A stretch of DNA of 64,000 nt from Candidatus Bathyarchaeota archaeon (lineage in GTDB: Archaea; Thermoproteota; Bathyarchaeia; Bathyarchaeales; Bathycorpusculaceae), in the NCBI GenBank assembly GCA_963772505.1, contig CAVYXL010000015.1, forward strand, positions 87,145 through 151,144, read 5' to 3'. The notes beneath the pieces were generated by a model that was not told the origin of the DNA, did no database searches, and worked only from the letters and a program-made list of their open reading frames with translations. Position 1 is the stretch's first letter. Every line of letters starts with the position of its first letter. Shown in pieces: positions 1-10,992 of this stretch. The translations under genes were made by a program, and so were the position numbers.

Positions 1-344
1 TTTTGCACTTCTTTTGCCATATCTTCTTGATCATAACCCAAAGCAATCACATCGGGTTTAATTGTCCCTATAACTTCGCCGATGTCAAGGTTCTCATAAC
101 CGAGCACGGTTCGGTCAACAACCTTCAAAGATTCTACCAGCGCACAGCGTTGGTCCTCAGACATTATGGGTTTTTTGCCTTTGGTTTTCTCAACAGTGCT
201 ATCGCGTGCAATAATAACAACTAACTCTGCGTTTTCTCCGCCTGTCCTCTTGGCTTCCTCCAGAAATCTGACGTGCCCAAGATGAAGCAGATCAAATACG
301 CCTGAAGCTAAGACAACGGTTTTCTTTCTTGATTTGTTGGCCAT
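1..344 (-). CDS. ribL: FAD synthetase (cytidylyltransferase family), runs off the window
   Basis: Hand translation MANKSRKKTVVLASGVFDLLHLGHVRFLEEAK...IIARD...KPDVIALGYDQ; HxGH motif; absent from the ORF track because the stop is outside the window. Confidence 0.88.
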   Translation of the reverse strand, partial: MANKSRKKTVVLASGVFDLLHLGHVRFLEEAKRTGGENAELVVIIARDSTVEKTKGKKPIMSEDQRCALVESLKVVDRTVLGYENLDIGEVIGTIKPDVIALGYDQEDMAKEVQ

Positions 345-595
345 TCAAATTTCACTGCGCCCAATAATCGTAATGCATCCAAGAGCCCTTCACAGTAAGC
401 TACTGAGGTTAAGCTGGTTTCAAGCTTGCCCTGAGCCTTATAATACTTTGCATCCTCCAAATAATCATTAGCCCAACGCAAAATATTACTCACAGCTTCT
501 TCAGTCAAGCTAATGGGCGTTTTTGTTCGTTCAAGTTCTTTGAGCACTTTTTCTGCTGAACCAATATACTTCGCCGAAAGTATTTCTAAACTCAT
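308..595 (-). CDS. DUF357 family protein
   Basis: YLEDAKYY...SVAYCEGLLDALR pattern; usual neighbour of dph5. Confidence 0.8.
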   Translation of the reverse strand: MSLEILSAKYIGSAEKVLKELERTKTPISLTEEAVSNILRWANDYLEDAKYYKAQGKLETSLTSVAYCEGLLDALRLLGAVKFEWPTNQERKPLS

Positions 596-1389
596 TTGGC
601 AAGCCGCCTAAACTCTGCAGGAGCACCCGCAAATGCAATTAATGAATCAATTTCCATAAAATGCATCTCACCTGGAAAAATCAAACTATATGGAGGTTCT
701 CCAAAATCAAAAGCTACTAAATTTTTGAGAAAATCAGCCTTCAGAGTTGGGTTATCGCTTCCTGCCCTTGCTATGCCAACTGCAGGCGTATCTGGGGTGA
801 TGACTGCTTGCTGCTTCTTCTTTTCAATCTCAAGTAACATATTGATCGCTTGGTTGATGCCTAAGAACTGGTTTTCATTAGCCTTCAAATCTAAAAGGCA
901 AAGTGTATGCAACCCCAACTTTTTGTTTTGAGCAATAACGTTGTAGGGTGTTTCCGAAAAATTTTCTGGAAAAGGTACGGTAACTGTTTTTCCAAACTTA
1001 TAATTATGCAAACCTGATAAGCTCACGATCGCCGAAATTATTGATGTCCCATGTATAATTCGAGTCTTTATTCCCTGTTTTTCCGCTTCAACGCGCAACG
1101 TAACATGGGTTGTGGCAATAAAGGGATCGCCTGGAACAAGAAAAACTGCCTTACCTTTTTTGGCATCTTCAAGAATTACCGATCCATCTTCTTCTTCTAA
1201 TTCGCGTCTAGAAATTAACTTTATTTTTTTGCCACATAACGTCTCAAACCGTTGTAGACTGAAGTCAGGCATGAGGCTGGTGTAGAGCTCCATGAAAACG
1301 CTATCTGCACTTTTGGTTTCTTCTAATCCTTTAACGCTTATGCCTTTTTCATCGTTTAATCCTAAACCTATGAAGATTAATTCATTCAA
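592..1389 (-). CDS. dph5: Diphthine synthase
   Basis: LIFIGLGL, ELYTS, GDPFIATTH, GLHNYKFGKTVT, GLHTLCLLD motifs. Confidence 0.96.
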   Translation of the reverse strand: MNELIFIGLGLNDEKGISVKGLEETKSADSVFMELYTSLMPDFSLQRFETLCGKKIKLISRRELEEEDGSVILEDAKKGKAVFLVPGDPFIATTHVTLRVEAEKQGIKTRIIHGTSIISAIVSLSGLHNYKFGKTVTVPFPENFSETPYNVIAQNKKLGLHTLCLLDLKANENQFLGINQAINMLLEIEKKKQQAVITPDTPAVGIARAGSDNPTLKADFLKNLVAFDFGEPPYSLIFPGEMHFMEIDSLIAFAGAPAEFRRLAK

Positions 1390-1533
1390 CAGTGAAGCCC
1401 TTGTAAGTAATTGGGGAGTTAAAACTTAAACGTTATTTCTCTTCAATGACTTCCTGAGAGTACCTGTATTTGTTGCAGACTAAAGATTTACTATACCTTC
1501 AGGTCTCCATTACCCAGAAGATGATCATTTTGG

Positions 1534-1708
1534 CTACGGGATAACTAAGACGGGGATTTTTGCCCTATTAACAATTCTTTCACTTATTGTCCCTGTGAAT
1601 GATTCTCGAAAGTTACTTTGGCCTTTAAGACCAATTACAATGATATCAAAGTTTTTTGCAGTATCAATTATTTCATTTACAGGATTTCCTTCCCTTACTA
1701 TAGATGAA
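1534..1708 (-). pseudogene. Universal stress protein, C-terminal fragment only
   Basis: IVREGNPVNEIIDTAKNFDIIVIGLKGQS...GTISERIVNRAKIPVLVIP is a UspA C-terminus; upstream of it is antisense ATPase sequence. Confidence 0.8.
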
Positions 1709-3659
1709 ATGGGCAAAATCGGGGCAGTTCTGCAAAAAGTAGAAAGAGACCAAACAAGGCTAAAACAAGAAATCAACCATATAGTTCGAAACAGCGCCTT
1801 CGTGGGCCTTAGCTTATGTGCCATAGTAATAGTGGTCTATGGATTCACACGTCTTGATTGGATAGAGGGCTTTTTGGCAGGAATAACCCTAGCAATGGCG
1901 ATTCTACCTGAGGAATTTCCTGTGGTACTTACCATTTTCCTTGCCTTAGGTGCTTGGCGAATGTCAAAGAAAAAAGTTCTCACCCGACAGGTTCAGGCAA
2001 TTGAGAACCTAGGTGGTGCAACAGTTCTTTGTGTAGACAAAACAGGTACATTGACAGAGAACAAAATGTCTGTTAATAAGTTGTTTGCGGATGGCAAAAT
2101 TTGTAAAATAGACTCATTTTTGAAGTTGCCTCCAGATTCTTGTCATGAATTGGTTGAATTTAGTGTTTTAGCCTGCAAAGAAGACCCTTTTGATCCAATG
2201 GAGAAAGCAATACGACGTTTCACTGAAGGCGAGTTCGCAAAAACTGAACATATTCACGATGATTGGCAGTTAGTACAAGAATATCCACTGTCTCAGAAGT
2301 TGCTTGCTATGTCTAATGTTTGGGTCTCACCCAGCGGAGAAAATTACGTCATAGCCGCCAAAGGTGCGCCCGAAGCCATTATAAACCTGTGCCATTTTGA
2401 CGAAAATCAAACCAATGAGCTATCTATTCACATTCGAGCAATGGCAAAAGAAGGCCTAAGAGTATCTAGGCGTCGCTAAGGCTTCATTCAAAAAAACTAA
2501 GCTACCAAATGAGCAACATGATTTTGTTTTTAGTTTTATTGGGCTTGTCAGGATTTGCTGATCCTGTTAGACCGAATGTTGCTGGCGCAGTTAAAGAGTG
2601 CTACAGCGCAGGCATTCGAGTGGTGATGATTACAGGAGATTACCCCTTAACTGCCCAGAATATCGGTCGGCAAATAGGTCTTGAATCTCCAGAAAATTGC
2701 ATAACTGGGCTTGAACTGGAACAAATGACTGACGAAGAGTTGAAGCAACGAATCAAAGACGTAAATATTTTTGCCAGAGTTGTTCCTGAACAAAAACTCA
2801 GAATTGTAAACGCTTTGAAAGGCAATGGCGACGTAGTCGCAATGACTGGCGACGGTGTCAATGACGCACCCGCCCTCAAATCAGCAAATATCGGTATCGC
2901 AATGGGTGGACGAGGAACTGATGTTGCAAGAGAATCTGCCTCGATGGTACTTCTTAGATGACGATTTTACTTCGATAGTTAGCGGAGTCAGAATGGGTCG
3001 AAGAATTTACGATAACTTGAAAAAAGCTATTGCGTACATCTTTTCGATTCATATTCCAATCATTGGCATGTCCGTTATTCCAGATTCTGCTAGGGTGGCC
3101 TTTAATTCTGCTTCCACTGCAAATTGTTTTCTTAGAATTAATCATCGATCCAGCCTGTTCGGTGGTTTTTGAAACAGAACCGGAAGAAGCTAATGTTATG
3201 AATCGTCGACCTCGCAGTATGGAAAAACGCCTTTTCGACAGGGAAGCTGCAGTTATTGCTTTTCTTCAGGGCTTTGTTGTTCTCGTTATTGTGATTTTGA
3301 TATTTGTTAATTCGCTTAATCGAGGGCTTGGTGAGGACACGGCAAGGACAATGGCTTTTGCAACTATAGTTGCTGCAAATTTGGCGTTGATTCTAACGAA
3401 TCGGTCTTGGGTGCATACAATCGTTGGGACATTTCGCAGGCGTAATGATGCGTTCTGGTGGATACTTTTTGTCGCCTTGTTTGCGTTGATGCTTGTAATT
3501 TATATTCCACAGCTCAACAGTCTCTTTGGTTTTAGTGCTCTTGACCCAGTTAACCTCTCAGTTTGCCTTGTCGCTGGGGCAGCCAGCATAATTTGGTTTG
3601 AAATATACAAGGCCACAAAAATAATTGTTGGCCGTAGACACTCAAAAACTCATGAATAA
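1706..3659 (+). pseudogene. Cation-transporting P-type ATPase (type IIA-like), N-terminally truncated, four +1 frameshifts
   Basis: [40 protein letters not shown] across four ORF pieces; actuator domain and first TM pair missing. Confidence 0.9.
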
Positions 3660-3687
3660 AAGGATGTTAGATCATCGATGGAACTGG

Positions 3688-3873
3688 CTATTTTTCTTTG
3701 ATTTCGCCCTTCTTAACTAACTGGTCATAGAAATTGGTACAGTCATCTACGGAAAGTCCGTGTCGTTGACAATAAACCAGGAGCACTTCCTCTACAGTTT
3801 CACCTGACTTTCGATCTTTAAGCATGTCCTTTAATTCTTGGACTTTATGTTCCTTATCAAAATTTTCGCCCAT
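3688..3873 (-). CDS. Small hypothetical protein
   Basis: 61-aa ORF, ATG start after a purine-rich tract, protein-like composition. Confidence 0.6.
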   Translation of the reverse strand: MGENFDKEHKVQELKDMLKDRKSGETVEEVLLVYCQRHGLSVDDCTNFYDQLVKKGEIKEK

Positions 3874-4053
3874 AAAATCTTCCTTCTCAGTATGCGATTT
3901 TCAACTAACCGGTTATTTGAATATTCTCAGACCCTTTTATAAAAGTTAAACTTCCTACTAATTGCAAACTTACCGGGTTGGTGTTTCTTGGTTTTTATGA
4001 TGTTGCAACAATCTTAAAATTTCACTTCACCATATATGTTTACGGTGATGTAT

Positions 4054-4248
4054 ATGTCTAAAAAGACAACTATTATCCTGCGCGATGACGTGTACCAAAC
4101 GCTTAAAGAAACAGCGGGTGCCCGAAATATATCCAAAGAAATCAACAAAATTCTTCTCGAGCACTTTGAAAAAACCGAAAGCATGTTTGGCACCATGAAA
4201 AAAACTGACATTGCCGACCTTAGAGAGCATAAGGATCGCTGCCTATGA
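4054..4248 (+). CDS. VapB-like antitoxin
   Basis: KTTIILRDDVYQTLK RHH-like start; ATGA overlap with PIN gene. Confidence 0.8.
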   Translation: MSKKTTIILRDDVYQTLKETAGARNISKEINKILLEHFEKTESMFGTMKKTDIADLREHKDRCL

Positions 4249-4634
4249 AATATGTAATTGACTCCTATGCCTGGGTTCAATACTTTACTGGTTCGGAGCT
4301 CGGCGAAAAGGTTAAAACGCTTATTGAAAGTTCTGAAGAAAAATTAACGCCAACCATATGTTTAGCTGAAGTTTATTCCAAAACCCTTAAAGTCGAAAGC
4401 CAAGAACTCGCTGAAAAGCAAAAGGCATTTATCAAAGAAAAAAGCGCATTGGTGTTTCTGGATGAATCAATTGCAGTGGAATCCGCAAGGCAAAACGTTC
4501 GAATGAAAAAGGAAATTGATGGATGGGGGCTAGCTGACTCAATTGTTTATGCAACTGCCATCATAAAGAAAGCCGAAGTAGTGACTGGTGATGAGCACTT
4601 TAAGAAACTTAAGAATGTATTTTTCATAAAATAA
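4245..4634 (+). CDS. vapC: VapC PIN-domain toxin
   Basis: YVIDSYAW, LAEV, LADSIVYATA, VTGDEHF. Confidence 0.92.
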   Translation: MKYVIDSYAWVQYFTGSELGEKVKTLIESSEEKLTPTICLAEVYSKTLKVESQELAEKQKAFIKEKSALVFLDESIAVESARQNVRMKKEIDGWGLADSIVYATAIIKKAEVVTGDEHFKKLKNVFFIK

Positions 4635-4928
4635 TTTCTCAATAAATGGACTTTAGATCCTCAGACTTGAGGCTTAATTGGTTCAGATTCGTGACCTTGT
4701 TAAATAGAACTATTGTTTTATGATTTTGTCTCTTTGCAAATCTAGACAAAAATAAAACTAGCCATAGTCAAGAAACAGCAAAAGCGGAGAAGGAAATGTG
4801 TTTGTTTAAAAGGTTCAGTCTCACCAAAAGTAACCCGACGGGTCATTATTTGGTGTTCCAGCTTTGGAACATTGTGTTCCTTGAGTAGAACTAAAAGTCA
4901 TGTTGATAATTCTTGATTGCATGGTGTG

Positions 4929-6221
4929 ATGATGAGAAGGGCAATCGTTGGGTTGGCAGCAGTTGTTTTGTTGACTTTAACTTTAAGTGCAATTTTGTTT
5001 CCGATTGTTAAATCTGAGAATTCATCGTCCATTTCGGCTTCAACGTCACAAGTTCCTGCTTCCTGGTCTTCCCCAGTTGAATTGCAAACTAACATAACGG
5101 GTGAAGCGGGATATTCTGTTTTTCAACTTTCAGACGGAAGTTTAATTCTAAACACTGCCAGCCAAACCTGCACATTTTTAGTGAAACTTGACTCTTCTAA
5201 CCATTTATTGTGGACAAAACCAATTCAAATAGATCAAAAAAAGACAATTCTTCCCCGTCTTTTGCCCACACGAGAAGGCGGTTACGTTTTGGCTGGAATC
5301 GTAGATAATCTCTATGCGTTAGTAAAAACTGATTCGCAGGGAAACATTCAATGGACTAAAATGTTCAGTTCGGGCGCTCCAATAAATTATTTTATGTCGA
5401 TTATTCAAACCAAAGACGGCGGTTTTGCCCTTGCTGGTTTTGGGGAGAAAGTTGAAGAAGGTTTGGGTTGGATCTGGTTTGTCAAAACTGATTTTTCAGG
5501 AAACATGCAGTGGAATGAGACGCTTTCAGGACCGTTAGCCAATTGCCCATCTACCATCTTTCAAACTTCAGATGGCGGTTATGTAATGTCCTGCGTTAGC
5601 TACTCTTTTACTCCAAATCAGGCATTTTTCACATTGATCAAAATGAATGAAAACGGAAAAGTACTTGAAAACACAAGTTACGCGGGCGAGGGCTACTACT
5701 TTCAACCCGAATGCAACAACGCCATAAAAACAACAGACGGAGGGTACTTGATGGCGGGGTATCTTTGGCAAAAAAGCGCATGGATACTGAAAATCGACTC
5801 AGAGGGAAAGATGCAATGGAACCAGACATACGGAACAAATCGCAGCTCAATAACTGACGTTCTTGAAACCTCAAATGGATACATTCTACTTGAGATTTCA
5901 AACCTAAAGGAAGCTGGAATAATTATGACGGATAATATAGGCAACCAACTTTGGAATATAAGCCTACCCGGAGTTACTTTGCCTGTGGGATTAGAGGCAA
6001 ATTTTAACTCCATTATCCGCGCAAAGGACGGTAGCTATATTATGGTAGGTTCAAAAAATCAATCAGCATGGCTTGCAAAACTTGACTATCAACCCCGTGA
6101 TGTTGATATGTTGCAATCGATGTCAGTTGCGGAGATAGCTTTGGTAGTTGCTGCGGCAATTGTTGCAGCTATTACAACTATTTATTTGAAAAAGAGAAGT
6201 GGGAAAGCAATCAGCGTTTAA
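4929..6221 (+). CDS. Secreted/surface beta-propeller-like repeat protein with C-terminal TM anchor
   Basis: Signal peptide; repeated QTxDGGY/F..AG and KTDSxGNxQW units; hydrophobic tail followed by KKR. Confidence 0.8.
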   Translation: MMRRAIVGLAAVVLLTLTLSAILFPIVKSENSSSISASTSQVPASWSSPVELQTNITGEAGYSVFQLSDGSLILNTASQTCTFLVKLDSSNHLLWTKPIQIDQKKTILPRLLPTREGGYVLAGIVDNLYALVKTDSQGNIQWTKMFSSGAPINYFMSIIQTKDGGFALAGFGEKVEEGLGWIWFVKTDFSGNMQWNETLSGPLANCPSTIFQTSDGGYVMSCVSYSFTPNQAFFTLIKMNENGKVLENTSYAGEGYYFQPECNNAIKTTDGGYLMAGYLWQKSAWILKIDSEGKMQWNQTYGTNRSSITDVLETSNGYILLEISNLKEAGIIMTDNIGNQLWNISLPGVTLPVGLEANFNSIIRAKDGSYIMVGSKNQSAWLAKLDYQPRDVDMLQSMSVAEIALVVAAAIVAAITTIYLKKRSGKAISV

Positions 6222-6328
6222 CGACTATTTTCCATTTACCAATTATCCGAAAATCGTGTTCGGTTATTAAATGCGAATCAATTTTTCTGTTGCCTTCATT
6301 TTACGTTAATAAAAAATTATATGGGTTT

Positions 6329-6345
6329 GGATGGAGCATCCAACC
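6329..6345. promoter_or_regulatory. Candidate B12-regulon operator, site 1 (GGATGGAGCATCCAACC)
   Basis: 5 nt upstream of TATA (TTTATATC) of cobD-cbiB; matches sites at 32354 and 44108. Confidence 0.65.
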
Positions 6346-6417
6346 AAACATTTATATCATTTACGTTAAAAAGAAACCTACGCATTTCAGCCCTACACCT
6401 GAAGGATTGAATCTTAA

Positions 6418-7548
6418 ATGAAGCCTGCAGAAAACCTAGCCAAAGAAAGCATAAAGAACCTCAAGCCATGCGTTCACGGCGGAGAGGTTTTAGATGCTGC
6501 AGGCAAAACGGGTCTAAAACGTGAAGAAATTTTAGATTTCAGCTCAAGTGTAAATCCTTTGGGTCCATCTAAAAAAGCACTTGAAGCAGCAAAAAAAGCT
6601 TTTACCCAAATTGCGGCTTATCCAGATTCCAATTCCAATGAATTAAGGCAGGCTATAGCCAGCCATTTCAAAGGAATAACTAAAGACAATGTTATTGTTG
6701 GAAATGGTTCTACTGAACTCATGTATCTATTCGCTGAAGCTTTCATGAATAAAGGTGACACAGCTGTTATTGCTGCACCAACATTTGGTGAATATGAGAG
6801 CGCAGTTATGAGAACGGCTGAACCCGCAAAATTTGTTAAACTAAACCGAAGTTTCAACATTGAAGCACCGGCCTTTATTCGTGAAATGTCAGGTGCAAAA
6901 ATTGTTTTTCTTTGCAACCCAAATAACCCAACGAGCATGCTTATTCCAGCCGAAACCTTAAGAGAAATAATTGAAAGCGCATTGAAGCAAAACACTCTTG
7001 TTTTTTTGGACGAGGATTTTTTGGAGTTTGTAGAAAACGAAGAAGACCTTTCAATGATTAACAAGATCAAGAAATACCCTAACCTCTTTATTTTAAGGTC
7101 TTTTACAAAAATTTTTGGTTTAACTGGGCTGCGTATTGGCTACGGGATTGCCTCAGAAGAAATTATCAATGTGCTATTATGCGCCAAAATTCCATGGAAT
7201 GTTAACTGCATAGCGCAAGCAGCCGCGGTTGCCGCATTGAAAGATGAAGAGCATCTAAGGATAACACTTGATCTGATCAAAAAAGAGAAAACTCAATTAC
7301 TAACTGAACTAAGCAAAATTAGCTCATTCAAGATTTTTCCTGCAGACGCTAACTTTTTCTTCATAGATATCAGAAAATCGGGTTTAACATCGGCTGAGTT
7401 AACAAGTAAATTATTAAGAGAGGGCATTTTGATTCGGGATTGTAGCTCGTTCAGAGGAGTTGACAAATATTTTGTTCGACTAGCCGTTAAAACTCGAGAT
7501 GAAAATGAACGGTTGATTGAAGTTTTGAAGCGGACAGTTAAAAATTAA
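6418..7548 (+). CDS. cobD: Threonine-phosphate decarboxylase (HisC-like PLP enzyme)
   Basis: HGG, LDFSSSVNPLGP, CNPNNPT, RSFTKIFGLTGLRIGY, IRDCSSFRG; next to cbiB. Confidence 0.9.
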   Translation: MKPAENLAKESIKNLKPCVHGGEVLDAAGKTGLKREEILDFSSSVNPLGPSKKALEAAKKAFTQIAAYPDSNSNELRQAIASHFKGITKDNVIVGNGSTELMYLFAEAFMNKGDTAVIAAPTFGEYESAVMRTAEPAKFVKLNRSFNIEAPAFIREMSGAKIVFLCNPNNPTSMLIPAETLREIIESALKQNTLVFLDEDFLEFVENEEDLSMINKIKKYPNLFILRSFTKIFGLTGLRIGYGIASEEIINVLLCAKIPWNVNCIAQAAAVAALKDEEHLRITLDLIKKEKTQLLTELSKISSFKIFPADANFFFIDIRKSGLTSAELTSKLLREGILIRDCSSFRGVDKYFVRLAVKTRDENERLIEVLKRTVKN

Positions 7549-7567
7549 GACGGTTTGATTTTGATTT

Positions 7568-8545
7568 ATGTTTTCTTTTGATTTCAGTTGGTTTATCGAT
7601 TCTGCCCTGATTCTTCTTTTAGCTTTTCTGATTGACATTGTTCTGGGAGAATATCCTGATAGAATTCACCCGACGATTGGTATAGGAAAAATAGTGTCTT
7701 ATCTTAAACCAAAACTGAAAAGCCCAAATCAACGAGTTGAGAAGGCAAACGGCGTACTATTAGCCCTGATTGTAATGGTGATTGCCGCGCTTCCAGTGTT
7801 CTTGTTGCTCTTCTGGCTCAGACAATCATTTGGTTTGTTCGGGCAAATAGCTTACGTAATTGTGGGAGCCGTTTTATTCAAAGCCACTTTCGCAATAACA
7901 GGCATGGGACAATACACCAAACCGATCGCTTCTGCACTAAAAAAGAACGACTTAGGAGAAGCCCGCAAATGGCTACCCTTCATAGTCAGACGAGACCCAA
8001 ATACATTAAATGAGCGACAAATACTTTCTGCCGCCGTTGAATCGATTGCCGAAAGTACCACCGACGGCATAACTGCACCCTTCTTCTTCTTTGCCTTATT
8101 TGGCGTTCCTGGAGCATTTGCTTACCGGGTTGTGAACACATTGGATTCTATGGTCGGCTACAAGAATGCAGAAAACAAGAACATTGGATGGTTCAGCGCA
8201 AAACTTGACACCATAGCCAACTACATCCCCGCCAGATTAACCGCTTACTTGATGGTTGCAGCATCATTTCTTTTGAAGGAAAATTGGCGTGAATCATGGC
8301 GCATTCTCAAAAGGGACAAAAACAAAACAGTCAGTATAAACGCTGGCTGGACAATTTCGGCGATGGCTGGTGCTTTAGATACTCAATTGGAAAAACAAGA
8401 TTGCTACACGTTAGGTGATGATCATGGAATTTCTCCTGAACACATCGATAGGGCTTTGCGGGTAATGACGTTAACTGCGGCGCTGTTTGGTTTAGTTGTT
8501 GTTTTGCCAATTTTGGCTCTACGAATCTATGTTGCTGGACTTTAG
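7568..8545 (+). CDS. cbiB: Adenosylcobinamide-phosphate synthase
   Basis: HPTIGIG, ESIAESTTDG, YRVVNTLDSMVGY, NYIPARLT, NAGW. Confidence 0.95.
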   Translation: MFSFDFSWFIDSALILLLAFLIDIVLGEYPDRIHPTIGIGKIVSYLKPKLKSPNQRVEKANGVLLALIVMVIAALPVFLLLFWLRQSFGLFGQIAYVIVGAVLFKATFAITGMGQYTKPIASALKKNDLGEARKWLPFIVRRDPNTLNERQILSAAVESIAESTTDGITAPFFFFALFGVPGAFAYRVVNTLDSMVGYKNAENKNIGWFSAKLDTIANYIPARLTAYLMVAASFLLKENWRESWRILKRDKNKTVSINAGWTISAMAGALDTQLEKQDCYTLGDDHGISPEHIDRALRVMTLTAALFGLVVVLPILALRIYVAGL

Positions 8546-8811
8546 CGGCTCATAATTTTTCTCTTTCTTTAACGCTTTCCAAGAAGGAAAGACGTTGGAC
8601 ATAACTGGTTAATGTAGTTAAAACTAGAGAAACGGTAGACTTAACCAACTATCTACCTCGGCATTAGACAAAAACAAATTGCTTACTATAATCTTCTCCG
8701 GGATTTAGGGGTAATTTAGCTAGGGTCGACGCACGCTAAAAAGTAATCTAGTGAAAAAGTAAACGTTAAAAATAAAACCGTTAACAATACAAGATATTCA
8801 GAGAAAACAGG

Positions 8812-9429
8812 GTGAATCTTTTGGAAAAATTAGATTTGAAAAAAGAGCACAAAGAACTCTACAATCCCTCTGCAAAAGAGATTACTGTTGTTGAAGTTCC
8901 AAGAATGAATTTTCTGATGATAGATGGCTCAGGAGACCCCAATATATCTATAGACTACAAATATGCCGTAGAAGCCTTGTTCGGTTTGTCCTATACCCTC
9001 AAATTTATGATAAAAAAGACGAAGACGGTGGACTATACGGTCATGCCGCTTGAAGGACTGTGGTGGGCTGATAACATGTCAAAATTCGCTGAAGACAAAA
9101 GCAAGTGGAATTGGACAGCAATGATAATGCAACCCGAGCAAGTCACTAAAGAGTCTGTTGCCAAAGCAATTGAGGAACTTAAGAAAAAGAAAGAAATGCC
9201 TGCTCTATCAAAAATTCGGTTTGAAAGTTTTCATGAGGGCCTAGCGGCTCAGATAATGTATTTTGGACCCTTTTCGGATGAAGGCCCAACCATCAAAAAT
9301 ATTCATGAATTCATTGAAAACAAAGAGGGCCAGTTAAATGGAAAGCACCATGAAATATACTTGAGTGATCCTCGTCGCGTGGCACCAGAGAAGCTGAAAA
9401 CAATTCTTAGACAGCCAATGAGAAAGTAA
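8812..9429 (+). CDS. GyrI-like small-molecule-binding protein
   Basis: MIDGSGDPN, PLEGLWW, HHEIYLSDPRR...KLKTILRQP. Confidence 0.88.
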   Translation: MNLLEKLDLKKEHKELYNPSAKEITVVEVPRMNFLMIDGSGDPNISIDYKYAVEALFGLSYTLKFMIKKTKTVDYTVMPLEGLWWADNMSKFAEDKSKWNWTAMIMQPEQVTKESVAKAIEELKKKKEMPALSKIRFESFHEGLAAQIMYFGPFSDEGPTIKNIHEFIENKEGQLNGKHHEIYLSDPRRVAPEKLKTILRQPMRK

Positions 9430-9718
9430 TTAACGCTTATACTCCTGGTGATCGAATCCTATTTAATCATAGATATAATTGACGATGCGGCTGTTTTAGT
9501 TTCAAAGTGAAAAGTTAACATTCTAAGTTAACGTCTTTTTTGGATAACAGCACATTTAACACCGCTAGTAGAATAACAGCTGATTCTTTGTTCGTTGCCT
9601 TGCAGTTCTGGCATGCCCAAACTGTCTAAAGCGTGTTAAGTGACGTAAAGCTTGACCTCCCGATAACTTGGCGCAAAGATTATTAATTTTAAGAACACTT
9701 GCTATAATTGGTGTTTTT

Positions 9719-10117
9719 ATGAGAATTAAGTATACTAGCGTGTACGTTAATGATCAGGACAAAGCATTAATATTTTACACTGAGGTCCTTGGTTTTGTAA
9801 AAAAGGCGGATATAACAGCAGGAAAATACAGGTGGTTGACTGTTACTTCCCCTGAAGACCAGGACGGTGTCGAGTTAGTTCTCGAGTCAAACGAAAACTC
9901 AGCTGCAAAGGTATACCAAGAAACTCTCTTCAAGCAGGGTATTCGCGCAACAATGTTCATTGTGGATGATATCCAAAAAGACTATGAACGATTGCAAAAG
10001 CTTGGCGTGAAGTTTACTATGCAGCCGACAAAGCTACCGGGTACGCCTTCGACCGTAGCAGTACTGGATGACAACTGTGGCAATTTGATACAGATCACAC
10101 AGATGGTAAAGTCATAG
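9719..10117 (+). CDS. VOC/glyoxalase family protein
   Basis: VYVNDQDKALIFYTEVLGF, RWLTV, DDNCGNLIQI; start moved to ATG 9719. Confidence 0.9.
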   Translation: MRIKYTSVYVNDQDKALIFYTEVLGFVKKADITAGKYRWLTVTSPEDQDGVELVLESNENSAAKVYQETLFKQGIRATMFIVDDIQKDYERLQKLGVKFTMQPTKLPGTPSTVAVLDDNCGNLIQITQMVKS

Positions 10118-10409
10118 TAACATGAAGATTGGCCGGAGCCAACTAACTTTAAGTTACCTTCTTTTTTAGGCAACAGCACGTTTAGAAATACTAGCAAGGC
10201 ATGAGCTGCTACTTGATTTCGCTTTTATTCGTGTTGAATGCTGCTTCGGCTCTAAATAGCATAATTAGAATTCAAAATTGGAAATGAAAAGTGACTTTGG
10301 TCAATCCTGCTTGGCAAACTCGCCCAATTCTTTAATGCATGCGCACAGCGAAGGGTTGCGTCAAAAAACGTATTAGCTATTTTTAGAACAGTTATTGTTG
10401 TGACTTTAT

Positions 10410-10992
10410 ATGATTGATTTGAAGTCGGTTTTAGGCAAGGCGGCGTTAGTGGTTATAGATGTCCAGAAGGGAATTGTTGCCTTGGATCGGAAGCTTGAAC
10501 CTAACAGTCCAGCGGAAGTCGTGGCCAACGTTTCAAAGCTCGTGGGTAAGTTTAGGGAAGTGGGATCGCTTGTTTTCCTAGTCCACGTGGCGTTTGTTGA
10601 TGGAAAAGATATGTTGCACCAATATTGGATCAGCCGCCACAGTGGGGTTCTGGCGCTAGACCCGCAACTGGATGGATTTCGTGGATGAAATAAAGCCGAC
10701 TCAGCGAGACATTGTACTAACCGATAGGCAATGGGGCGCCTTTTACGGCACCGAGCTTGACTTGCAACTTCGTCGCAGAAAAATAGATACCATTGTTTTG
10801 TGTGGAGTTATAACAAACATGGGTGTGGAAACGACTGCTAGAGACGCTCACCAATACGGCTACAACCAAGTCTTTGTCATAGATGCTATGGCTGCAAGCA
10901 GCAAGGATGAACATGAAGCCAGCATAAAATATGTTTTCCCAAAGATTGGGCTTTTAAGAACTACGAATGAAATCATGAGTGCTATGACATAA
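10410..10992 (+). pseudogene. Isochorismatase-family cysteine hydrolase split by two -1 frameshifts (possibly sequencing error)
   Basis: ALVVIDVQKG in the first ORF, WGAFYGTELDLQLRRR...TNMGVETTARDA in the second; adding one C near 10620 and one A near 10667 restores one frame. Confidence 0.85.

Noticed and set aside
8634-8657. GGTAGA-N12-TCTACC inverted repeat, with a weak resemblance to the B12 operator
   Set aside because: About four mismatches to the consensus, downstream of cbiB and not next to a clear TATA; more likely a terminator or chance.
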